Source: Spirochaetota bacterium
GTDB lineage: Bacteria; Spirochaetota; UBA4802; JAFGJZ01
Direction of reading: 5' to 3'
Length of the DNA: 40,982 bases
Assembly (NCBI GenBank): GCA_022704645.1
Contig: JAKJGA010000001.1
Coordinates: 1 to 40,982 of the forward strand
The translations under genes and the position numbers were made by a program. Positions within the stretch are counted from its first letter, which is position 1; each line of letters starts with the position of its first letter. This document shows, piece after piece, positions 18,337-26,038 of the stretch. Below the pieces are notes generated by a model. The model did not search any database. It was not told the origin of the DNA and saw nothing but the letters and a program-made list of their open reading frames with translations.

Positions 18337-20385
18337 TCATTTGCGTATTCCCTCTGTTAGTCCTTCCGTAAACTGTCTGTGAAATTTCAGAAATAGAAGT
18401 AATGGTATTATTATAGAAATAAAGCCTGCCGCGAGTACTGCTCCTGTGTCGTTTATCAGCAGAATTCTTACAGGAAGAGTCATAAGCTTTTCATCGCGCA
18501 TAATTATTACCGGATTAAGGAAATCATTCCAGACAATTCGGAACTGAATTATTGCAAGCGCCGCAAGCGCTGGTCTTGCGAGAGGAAGAATGATGTGCCA
18601 CCAAATTCTTAAATGTCCGGCTCCGTCCATACGGGCAGCTTCAATTACTGCTAACGGAATTCTCATGAAATACTGCCGTAAAAGAAATACGCCGAATCCG
18701 CTGACAGCACCTGGAAGAATCAGTCCGAACCAGCTGTTGAGCAGATGCAGATTCTTCGCGACTTTGTACATCGGTATCATAAGTGCGTTAGCCGGGATCA
18801 TCATGGTTGAAAGGGCAAGAATCAGGAAAAATTTCTTATGTTTGAACTCCATAAAGACAAGTGCGTATGCGTATAGAGATACTACAATTGCTGTTAAAAA
18901 AATTGTTCCTGAAGATACTATTATCGAATTAAACAGGGCTCGGCCGACATCAAAATGCCAGAATGCCGCGAGATAAGAATCCCTCGTATAGCTTTCAATT
19001 GATTTCCATATAGGCTGTTGAAAAATCGCAGGAGGCGATTGTATTACTTCGAGAGGCGGACGAAGGGATGCGTCAAGCAGCCATAAAAGCGGAAAAATAA
19101 ACAGAAGAGCGAGAATGCAAAGTAAAAATGCACTGAGAAGCTTCCCCGGCCTTATTTTTCTTTTAGCTCTAAATACTTTTTCCCGGACTCTTTGAACTCT
19201 TTCGATGAAAGGTTTTTCGATGAATTGAAAAGATAGTGCTGCCGCTCCGTAAGAAATTACTATCATCAATAATGAAGCACCCGCCCATAGTCTCCAGTCT
19301 TTGATTGCCATGTAGTTCATATACTCGGGAAGAATATAGAAAGAAATCAATGCTATTATTACATAGTGCCAGATATAAAGGCCGAAAGAAATTTTAGCTG
19401 TAAATCTCATAAAGCGCGAATCAAATAATTTTCCGGTAAATTTTGAATTTACAAGCGAAACGGCGAGTATTGAAATCAATGCTGTCAGATATGGAAAGTA
19501 GTAAGGCTGCTTTTGAATGCTGTGAGTGAATTCTTCTTCGGTACGTACATAGCATAGGAGTCCTATTATGGCCGCGGAGCTAACAATTGAAGCAATGTCG
19601 AAAATGTTTTTATCAGCGATTCTGTCTCTGAGAGTTTTATTCTTTATAAAATAGGCGCATATTCCGCCGGCTAGTATTCCGAATGTGAAATGACCGAAAA
19701 AGCCTATTGGGTTGTAATTCGGCATCCACCATTTTGATCCGCCTGTGACTCCGAATTCCCATCCTCGTTTGACATTATCAGGAGTAAGATACATGTGTAT
19801 AAGCTGATTTATACCGATTATCAGGAGTAGGGTGAATACCCAATAAATGATTCCTTTTTTAAATGATCTTTTTTCTCCAGTAAAGCGGAATAGGCCGAAC
19901 ATGAAAACCGGCATTAGTAAATATGAAAAAACTTCGAAACTGATAGACCACAAAGGTGAATTTACAAACGACGGAAAAAGTGTTGTGTAATGAAATCCTG
20001 CCGTGAAAGTTAATCCTGTTATAAGTCTTCTGGCAAAATAATCCATATCAGGAATAAAAAGCAGGGCAAGAATAGTACTTACTGCGAATGAAGCGTAATA
20101 ACCCGGTACTATGCGTGCCGCTCTGCGCTTTGCGTAGTTTGAAATATCCGGAAAATCAAGGTTTGAAATATAATTTTTCCAGAATGGATAAGAAAGGAGA
20201 AATCCGCTGAGTACGAAAAAAAAGCTTACACCGGTGTTTCCCATCAGAAAGAAGAGCTGTATATGCTGAAGAATGAAATGCTGCGAGTATATGTCCAGTC
20301 TCTGCGCGACATGATGAAATATTACTAATAGACATGCTGCAGCGCGCAGTCCGTCAAGTCCCGGGAATCTGTTTTCAATCTTCAT
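18337..20385 (-). CDS. Fusion protein: acyltransferase-3 (OafA/NolL-like) domain plus MalG-type carbohydrate ABC permease domain
   Basis: AT3 motifs at the N-terminus: LDGLRAAACLLVIFHHV, GVSFFFVLSGFLL, RRAARIVPGYY, WSISFEVFSYLLMP, FIEKPF. A basic linker RVREKVFRAKRKIRPGK (nt ~19140-19200) follows. Then a complete permease: FIFPLLWLLDASL and the EAA loop VIEAARMDGAGHLRIWWHIILPLARPAL. There is no in-frame stop or plausible internal start at the junction. Confidence 0.8.
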   Translation of the reverse strand: MKIENRFPGLDGLRAAACLLVIFHHVAQRLDIYSQHFILQHIQLFFLMGNTGVSFFFVLSGFLLSYPFWKNYISNLDFPDISNYAKRRAARIVPGYYASFAVSTILALLFIPDMDYFARRLITGLTFTAGFHYTTLFPSFVNSPLWSISFEVFSYLLMPVFMFGLFRFTGEKRSFKKGIIYWVFTLLLIIGINQLIHMYLTPDNVKRGWEFGVTGGSKWWMPNYNPIGFFGHFTFGILAGGICAYFIKNKTLRDRIADKNIFDIASIVSSAAIIGLLCYVRTEEEFTHSIQKQPYYFPYLTALISILAVSLVNSKFTGKLFDSRFMRFTAKISFGLYIWHYVIIALISFYILPEYMNYMAIKDWRLWAGASLLMIVISYGAAALSFQFIEKPFIERVQRVREKVFRAKRKIRPGKLLSAFLLCILALLFIFPLLWLLDASLRPPLEVIQSPPAIFQQPIWKSIESYTRDSYLAAFWHFDVGRALFNSIIVSSGTIFLTAIVVSLYAYALVFMEFKHKKFFLILALSTMMIPANALMIPMYKVAKNLHLLNSWFGLILPGAVSGFGVFLLRQYFMRIPLAVIEAARMDGAGHLRIWWHIILPLARPALAALAIIQFRIVWNDFLNPVIIMRDEKLMTLPVRILLINDTGAVLAAGFISIIIPLLLFLKFHRQFTEGLTEGIRK

Positions 20386-21274
20386 GTTTTTCACCAAGTC
20401 CGAGAAATTTAAGCTGAAGCAGACTCACTGCCAGAATCAGAAAAAAAGCAATCCATCCTGCGGCGCTTGCAGCCCCGATTTCAAGATCCCATTGAAATGC
20501 TCTCAGGTAGATATAGAGAATAATCCCGGTGACATTTTCATAAATATTATATTGAAAAAGACCGAGAATGAGGTCAAAAACCAGAAGCGATGATACGGCA
20601 GACGTTATCGTCATGAATATCAAGGCGGGTTTCATGAGCGGCAAAGTGATGTTTTTTAGTATGCTGAGTCTTCCGGCTCCGTCAATTCTGGCTGCTTCAT
20701 AAGGCGACTGATTAAGTGACCTGAGGTTTGCTGAGAAATATATAATCTGAAATCCGATACATTGCCAGAAAGAAACAAATACAAGCAGCGGAAAAGCAAG
20801 AGTTTTATCATCAAGCCAGTTCATATTCGGATTTCCTCCGAAGAAGCCGATGATAATATTTGCGATACATTGTTCTCCGGTGAATAACAGCCTGAAAAGA
20901 ATTCCTGCTACAAGAGTATTGATGAGAGAAGGTATGAAAAAGGCTGCTTTGAGTAAACTCTGCGTTCTTTTATACGGCAGGCTTTCTATCCATAAAGAAA
21001 TCAAAAACGCAGCCGGAATCTGAATTGCAACCGAAACAGCTGCGAATTTAAATGAAACATAAACAGAATTCCAGAAATAAGTGTCCTTGAGAATATTCTT
21101 GAAATTTTGAAATCCGATGTTTTTTCCAGGATTAATTCCCTGGGCATCGGTAAGACTGGTTAAAAAACCGATTCCGAATACTATAATGGTGAATATGAAC
21201 ATCAGAATCAGAAAGGGCGCCATAAAGCGTAGAGCCTGCCGTTCATTTTTATCTGTAAGCTTTATCATCTGCAA
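20375..21274 (-). CDS. MalF-type carbohydrate ABC transporter permease
   Basis: Six predicted TMs and the EAA loop YEAARIDGAGRLSILKNITLPLMKPAL. Overlaps the downstream fusion gene by 11 nt. Confidence 0.85.
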   Translation of the reverse strand: MQMIKLTDKNERQALRFMAPFLILMFIFTIIVFGIGFLTSLTDAQGINPGKNIGFQNFKNILKDTYFWNSVYVSFKFAAVSVAIQIPAAFLISLWIESLPYKRTQSLLKAAFFIPSLINTLVAGILFRLLFTGEQCIANIIIGFFGGNPNMNWLDDKTLAFPLLVFVSFWQCIGFQIIYFSANLRSLNQSPYEAARIDGAGRLSILKNITLPLMKPALIFMTITSAVSSLLVFDLILGLFQYNIYENVTGIILYIYLRAFQWDLEIGAASAAGWIAFFLILAVSLLQLKFLGLGEKHED

Positions 21275-21382
21275 TTTCCTTGGTATTTAGGCTTAATCAA
21301 TATAAGCATACCTATTTTAAAAAATTTGTCGTTCAATCTTATAAGGTAGAACATAAAAACGGATTAAATGTCATAAAGCATC

Positions 21383-21410
21383 TTGACCTTTCATTAGTAA
21401 ACGTTAAAAT
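21383..21410 (+). promoter_or_regulatory. Candidate sigma-70 promoter for the membrane AraC-type regulator
   Basis: TTGACC (21383-21388), 16-nt spacer, TAAAAT (21405-21410), about 108 nt upstream of ATG 21518. Based on motif match only. Confidence 0.3.
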
Positions 21411-21517
21411 AAGGCATTTTTAGATATTTTCAAAAAATAGCATTATTTTATTCTGTAAGAAGTGAGAAAAGCATAAAATGCTTTATTTAATAAGTATCAT
21501 TCATTTGAGTTGTAGGT

Positions 21518-22762
21518 ATGTTTGAACAATTTGTGTTAATTAATGGAATAATTACTCAATTATGTCTATTAGCAGCGGCCCAGGGTTTTTTTTTGTTTTT
21601 CTTGCTCTTCCGCAGATCGGGATCAGACAGAGTTTTTTCTTTTGCAATTTTATTTGTATCTTATGAGCTCGCACTGCATTATGTTTATAAGGCCCATATG
21701 TGGTCTGAGTATCTCCCTTTATTTTTAGTAAAAGATACATTGGGTTTTTTATACGGATTTCTTATTCTGCTATATGTCCGCTTTCTTTTTGGGAAAAATG
21801 TCCGGTTAAGCTTTTTTGATTTTATTCATTTCGTTCCTGCGATAGTTTTTTTCGGAATCGGCTTATTTTTTAATACTCACTATCTTGGATACGGAACTTA
21901 TTCTGTTATTGATTTTGATGAAAGCGGAATCACTCGGTTCAGGTTTTATTCGCAGAATATAAAGTATGTAATTATATTCAGTTATCTTGTTTTTTCGCTG
22001 AAGGATGTCTTTAGATACCGAAACAGGCAAAAAATATTTTTTCCAGGGATAAAAAGAAGTTCGACTACATGGCTTCTTGTTTTTTTGTTTGCAGTTTTTA
22101 TTCTTTGGCTTCTTCCATTCCTTTCTCTTAATTTCTATTATATGGAATCATTTGCTCATTTCTGGACTTTTTTCCATATAATAAAAATTCCTTTTTTACC
22201 TGAGATTTTATCACTAGTTAATTCATTTTTTACAGTAATTTCTATCTATTCGGCCGGATACTATATTCTAGGTAAAGTTTCGCCTGATACTGATGCGAAT
22301 AATCTAATCAATTCGAGCTGTGATAGTGAGACAGTTGGTCATTCAAAGTACAGAAAAAACCTGTTATCAGAGACTATTAAAGCTGATTATCTAAAGCGTA
22401 TAATAAACTGTATGGATGTCGAAAAACCTTATCTCGATCCGGACTTTTCGATAAAAGATTTTTCCAATAAAATAAACGTATCAACGCATAATATATCTCA
22501 AATAATCAATGATACTTTCGGTAAAAATTTCTTTAATTTTGTTAATGATTACAGGATAGACTTTGCTGCCGCTATTATTTCAAATACCTCCAGAGATGTA
22601 AATATTCTTCACGCAAGTCTTGATTCGGGTTTTAATTCCAAATCTGTGTTTAATACAGTGTTTAAAAAGAAGTTCGGAATGACTCCGTCTCATTATAGAA
22701 ATCATTTTATGGAAAAAGCAGTACAGCCATCCGTAAAAGAGATTGAAAATGAAGTTGATTAA
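21518..22762 (+). CDS. Membrane-embedded AraC/XylS-family transcriptional regulator
   Basis: The N-terminal ~250 aa contain multiple TM helices. The C-terminal HTH_18-type domain has KDFSNKINVSTHNISQIINDTFGKNF and FNSKSVFNTVFKKKFGMTPSHYR. Confidence 0.8.
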   Translation: MFEQFVLINGIITQLCLLAAAQGFFLFFLLFRRSGSDRVFSFAILFVSYELALHYVYKAHMWSEYLPLFLVKDTLGFLYGFLILLYVRFLFGKNVRLSFFDFIHFVPAIVFFGIGLFFNTHYLGYGTYSVIDFDESGITRFRFYSQNIKYVIIFSYLVFSLKDVFRYRNRQKIFFPGIKRSSTTWLLVFLFAVFILWLLPFLSLNFYYMESFAHFWTFFHIIKIPFLPEILSLVNSFFTVISIYSAGYYILGKVSPDTDANNLINSSCDSETVGHSKYRKNLLSETIKADYLKRIINCMDVEKPYLDPDFSIKDFSNKINVSTHNISQIINDTFGKNFFNFVNDYRIDFAAAIISNTSRDVNILHASLDSGFNSKSVFNTVFKKKFGMTPSHYRNHFMEKAVQPSVKEIENEVD

Positions 22763-22972
22763 CATATTGTAAACCAGAATTACTTGTTGATGTTGCAAAA
22801 ATGATACAATGATATTAATTCGCACGTTGATGCAAAACCAGTTAAATTAACAAAAAATTAAAAATGTATAAATAGTGTTTAAATTTATGATAAAATATGG
22901 TCAAATCAGATAATATGTTCAGTAAAATCACTGTTAATATCTAATAAGTGCTTCGCCTTAAGTTCTTAAATG

Positions 22973-22988
22973 TGGCACGATTATTGCT
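22973..22988 (+). promoter_or_regulatory. Sigma-54 (RpoN) -24/-12 promoter
   Basis: TGGCACGATTATTGCT matches the consensus TGGCACGR-N3-TTGCW at every specified position. It is intergenic, correctly oriented, and its GC element lies 36 nt upstream of ATG 23024. No other TGGCAC-N5-TTGC was seen in the window. Confidence 0.65.
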
Positions 22989-23023
22989 ATATAATATGTG
23001 TACTTAAGAAACTGGAGGAAAAT

Positions 23024-23218
23024 ATGAATAAATCAATTTGTAAAGACTGTTGCAACAGAAGCTTCTGCGGAGATAAAGGCTTGGGAAATTGCGAGCACTT
23101 TGACATTTCTTATACAAGATCAGAAGTGTTTGACATGCTTACAAACGCAGATGATAACAGCCGTAGAGCTATTCTTTCTGCTGTTGAAAATGTCTATAAA
23201 ATTAAGTTGGCCTACTAA
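23024..23218 (+). CDS. Small Cys-rich protein (64 aa), unknown family
   Basis: SD GGAGGA precedes ATG 23024 with a 5-nt spacer. The N-terminus has C6, C9, C10, C15, C23 and H25 (CKDCCNRSFCGDKGLGNCEH), followed by a helical-looking tail. A strong terminator follows. Confidence 0.6.
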   Translation: MNKSICKDCCNRSFCGDKGLGNCEHFDISYTRSEVFDMLTNADDNSRRAILSAVENVYKIKLAY

Positions 23219-23241
23219 TATTCCAATAGACCTTTTACTTA

Positions 23242-23273
23242 GAGAGGAAGCCCATGCTTCCTCTCATTTTTTT
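23242..23273 (+). terminator. Rho-independent terminator
   Basis: GAGAGGAAGC (23242-23251) pairs with GCTTCCTCTC (23256-23265) across loop CCAT, then ATTTTTTT. The right arm overlaps the stop codon of the convergent ABC ATPase gene. Confidence 0.85.
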
Positions 23274-24220
23274 ATGCATCTTGCCGAATGATTTTTCTTT
23301 TTTTCTTCAAGTGAAATTTTGTTTTCAAGACATTCCGGACTGCGTTCCCTGCATCTGTCATAAAAACGGCAGCCCTTTGTTTCAAAGTCTATAGGCGGAA
23401 CATTGCCCACTATCGGGTTTAAGTGTTTTTCTTTGCAGTTTTGTGCAGGAATTGACTCTATGAGAGCCTGAGTATAAGGATGCATCGGATCCGAGAAAAT
23501 TGTTTCCGAGGAACCAATTTCAACTATTTCGCCGGCATATAAAACGGCTGTGCGTTCACAAAGATTTGCCGTAATTCCGAGATCATGAGAAATAAAAATT
23601 AATGAAAGTCCTTCATTTTCAACCTTGCTTTTTAAGATTGATAATATTTGCGACTGAACAGTTACATCCAGTGCGGTGGTTGGTTCATCCGCGATCATAA
23701 GAGAAGAGCCTGAAGCAAGTGCTGAAGCAATCATTATTCGCTGCTGCATGCCGCCGGAAAGTTCGTGCGGATAGCATGAGTATATTTTTTCGGGATCAGG
23801 AATTTTCATGCTGTCAATAAGTTCAATAGCTTTGTTCCGTGCTTCTTTTTTAGAAATATTCTGATGGGCTAGAATAGTCTCAGATATTTGATACCCGGCT
23901 GTATAGCATGGATCAAGAGCTGTTGAAGGCTCCTGAAAGATCATTGAGATTTCTTTACCTCTTTTCAGGCGCATTTCCGCTTCGCTGCACTGCAGAAGAT
24001 CCTCTTCCTTAAAGTATACTGCTCCGGATATTATTTCACCGGGACTCTGCAAAAGCCGCATAATGGAATAAGCTGTAACGGTTTTTCCGCATCCGCTTTC
24101 TCCAATGAGGCCTAATGCGTGACCCTTTTCAAGAGTAAAAGAAATATCTCTGGCTGCCGGATACAGCTTATCTTTGATTCTGAAACCTGCATAAAGTGAT
24201 TTGACTTCAAGAAGACTCAT
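23264..24220 (-). CDS. OppD/DppD-type oligopeptide ABC transporter ATP-binding protein (no permease or binding-protein gene nearby)
   Basis: Walker A GESGCGKT, Q-loop IFQEP, signature LSGGMQQR, Walker B LMIADEPTTALD, H-loop ISHDL. The Opp-type C-terminal extension carries a Cys cluster (GCRFYDRCRERSPEC). Confidence 0.88.
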   Translation of the reverse strand: MSLLEVKSLYAGFRIKDKLYPAARDISFTLEKGHALGLIGESGCGKTVTAYSIMRLLQSPGEIISGAVYFKEEDLLQCSEAEMRLKRGKEISMIFQEPSTALDPCYTAGYQISETILAHQNISKKEARNKAIELIDSMKIPDPEKIYSCYPHELSGGMQQRIMIASALASGSSLMIADEPTTALDVTVQSQILSILKSKVENEGLSLIFISHDLGITANLCERTAVLYAGEIVEIGSSETIFSDPMHPYTQALIESIPAQNCKEKHLNPIVGNVPPIDFETKGCRFYDRCRERSPECLENKISLEEKKKNHSARCIKK

Positions 24221-25002
24221 TTAATTGTTTTTCCTTCAAATGATAGTTTGCCGTTGACTATTTGAATTATAAAGTAATCATATTTTTTTCGTTTGTCTTC
24301 AATGGACGGAAGCGGGAGATTGATATGCCGGATTCCGTCTTTGTTAATGTCATATTCGAAATTTGATTCTGATGAAATAACCGCTAAAACATTATGCTGC
24401 AAGAGAATATTGTGTGTTTCCGAAGGATTGGTGATTGTCTGTGTTTTAATTTTCTGCGGAGCGAAAAGCGGTATTTTTGAAAATATGATTATTCTAGAAT
24501 CTTTATATTTTTGAATATCTGATTTAAGCCAGATTAACTGGTCTTCTGTGATAAATCTTTCCGAATTTGTTGCGTTTAACGCAATGAAATGAAGGGTTCC
24601 GTAATTAAATGAAAAATATTCTCCATGATTTTCTCTTTTATTAAAAAGATCAAAACTGTCATCGAATTTATCGTGTTCTGCCGGGATAAAATATGCAATG
24701 GATCTGAAACGCGAGAATTCTTTTTTTGCAGAATCAAGCTGTTTTTCGACATCATTCTTTATTATACCGCTTTTTGATGAACCGCCCTGAATCAAATTCC
24801 CAAGATGAATCAGAAATGTCGGGTTATCTTTATTGATTGAATCAATAAGTTTTGCAAGTTCGGCCGGATTTGTCTTGAAAGCTGATTCGGGCAGAGTATT
24901 TGCGACAAGGGCAAAATTTACATCATTTGTTCTTTTTTCAATTCCGGCGCAGGAAAATGCTGATAATAAAGTTGCTAATAGAATTATTTTTTTAGTAAAC
25001 AT
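24217..25002 (-). CDS. Lipoprotein with a calcineurin-like phosphoesterase fold and degenerate metal-binding motifs
   Basis: Lipobox SAFSC. Motif spacing is MPE-like but the ligands are altered: FALVANT (DxH lost), LIHLGNLIQGG (GD to GN), PAEHD (GNHD to AEHD), VISSESN (GHxH lost). ATGA overlap with the ATPase gene. Confidence 0.5.
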   Translation of the reverse strand: MFTKKIILLATLLSAFSCAGIEKRTNDVNFALVANTLPESAFKTNPAELAKLIDSINKDNPTFLIHLGNLIQGGSSKSGIIKNDVEKQLDSAKKEFSRFRSIAYFIPAEHDKFDDSFDLFNKRENHGEYFSFNYGTLHFIALNATNSERFITEDQLIWLKSDIQKYKDSRIIIFSKIPLFAPQKIKTQTITNPSETHNILLQHNVLAVISSESNFEYDINKDGIRHINLPLPSIEDKRKKYDYFIIQIVNGKLSFEGKTIK

Positions 25003-25119
25003 CAGTAATGCCGTCAGTATGTTTTATTAGTTACAGAATATATCTGTATTTAAGAAAACATAAATCTTTTCATTAATCTGTAAAGATAAAAAGTTCTTGA
25101 TTGCAATTATTTTGGCTAA

Positions 25120-25887
25120 ATGATGGCAGATATGGTTATAAATACAAAGAAATTGGTAAAAGCATTAGAGAATAGAGTTTTCCGTGTCACGGCGGTTATT
25201 CTTGCTGCTGTTTTTCTCGCAGGTCTCATTTTTTCATTGAGAACAATAAGCATTGAGATTTTAGTTTTATCTGATGCAGGTATGTTTTTGTTATTTTTCT
25301 TTGTCTTTTTCTTTCTTGTATTTACGTCAAGCTTTTTGGCTGCATTATTTTTGTATAAGTTTGATGTCAGACCGGGCCTTCTTATTGTTTCTTTGCTGGC
25401 TGTTCCGCTGTTTATTCCGTCTGATATCACCGCGGTTATTTTTGATTTGTTTTTTTCTCCAAGAGAGGGTTTTCTTGCCTATTTGGGTGATAAGTATGAT
25501 ATAGAAATATTGAATAATTTATTATTGGAGAATTATTCAGTTTTTATTTTTTCATTTACCGCGTATGCCTGGAAAATGATGGGATCTGTATCGATTTTAA
25601 TTTTCTTCATCATTAAAAATACAACTCGAAAGAATAAAACAATTTTTCTTCATAGACTTTTGTTTCTTGTAAAATCCGTTTCTGCTGCTTTGGTAATTTT
25701 TGCTGCTTTTATTTATCAAATTCCGGTTATGATGAAGTGTTATGTGTCGCGTTATGAATATGTGTATTCATTTCCGGATTGTTTTTCACCTGAGATTTTT
25801 ACTTTCATTTATTCTTTTTCTTTTTCTGTGATTGCAATTATGCTTCTTTTTACTATTTTTTTGTCAAAAAGAGTCATTCCGAAATAA
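25120..25887 (+). CDS. Polytopic membrane protein, unknown family
   Basis: 255-aa ORF with about 6 hydrophobic helices and no recognisable motif. The antisense ORF 25116-25430 is judged spurious. Confidence 0.5.
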   Translation: MMADMVINTKKLVKALENRVFRVTAVILAAVFLAGLIFSLRTISIEILVLSDAGMFLLFFFVFFFLVFTSSFLAALFLYKFDVRPGLLIVSLLAVPLFIPSDITAVIFDLFFSPREGFLAYLGDKYDIEILNNLLLENYSVFIFSFTAYAWKMMGSVSILIFFIIKNTTRKNKTIFLHRLLFLVKSVSAALVIFAAFIYQIPVMMKCYVSRYEYVYSFPDCFSPEIFTFIYSFSFSVIAIMLLFTIFLSKRVIPK

Positions 25888-26038
25888 TTTAGGGTACTTG
25901 ATCGGTATTAAAAAAAAATTGACAAACCCTGCCGCGAAAAGAGTATGGTCAGATTGAATACAACTTTGTGTTGATATCCTAAGATGATTTAATATCAAAC
26001 AGGAAATTTTTTAATTAACATTTAATAGTGAGGGAAAA

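Noticed and set aside
22970-23023. Upstream ATG (22970) as the start of the Cys-rich ORF
   Set aside because: The ATG lies inside the sigma-54 -24 element and has no SD. ATG 23024 has GGAGGA at ideal spacing and would lie downstream of the predicted transcription start.
25116-25430. 104-aa minus-strand ORF overlapping the 255-aa membrane-protein gene
   Set aside because: It is the shadow of the plus-strand ORF. It is Lys/Thr-rich, has no start context, and no upstream partner.
25120-25887. Possibility that the 255-aa membrane protein is a decayed MalF-type permease
   Set aside because: Only a vague resemblance (AYAWKMMGSVSILIFF) was seen, and no EAA loop. Left as unknown.
25919-25949. TTGACA ... 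TATGGT as the fusA promoter
   Set aside because: The spacer is 19 nt and the -10 is weak, so it is not supported well enough to list.
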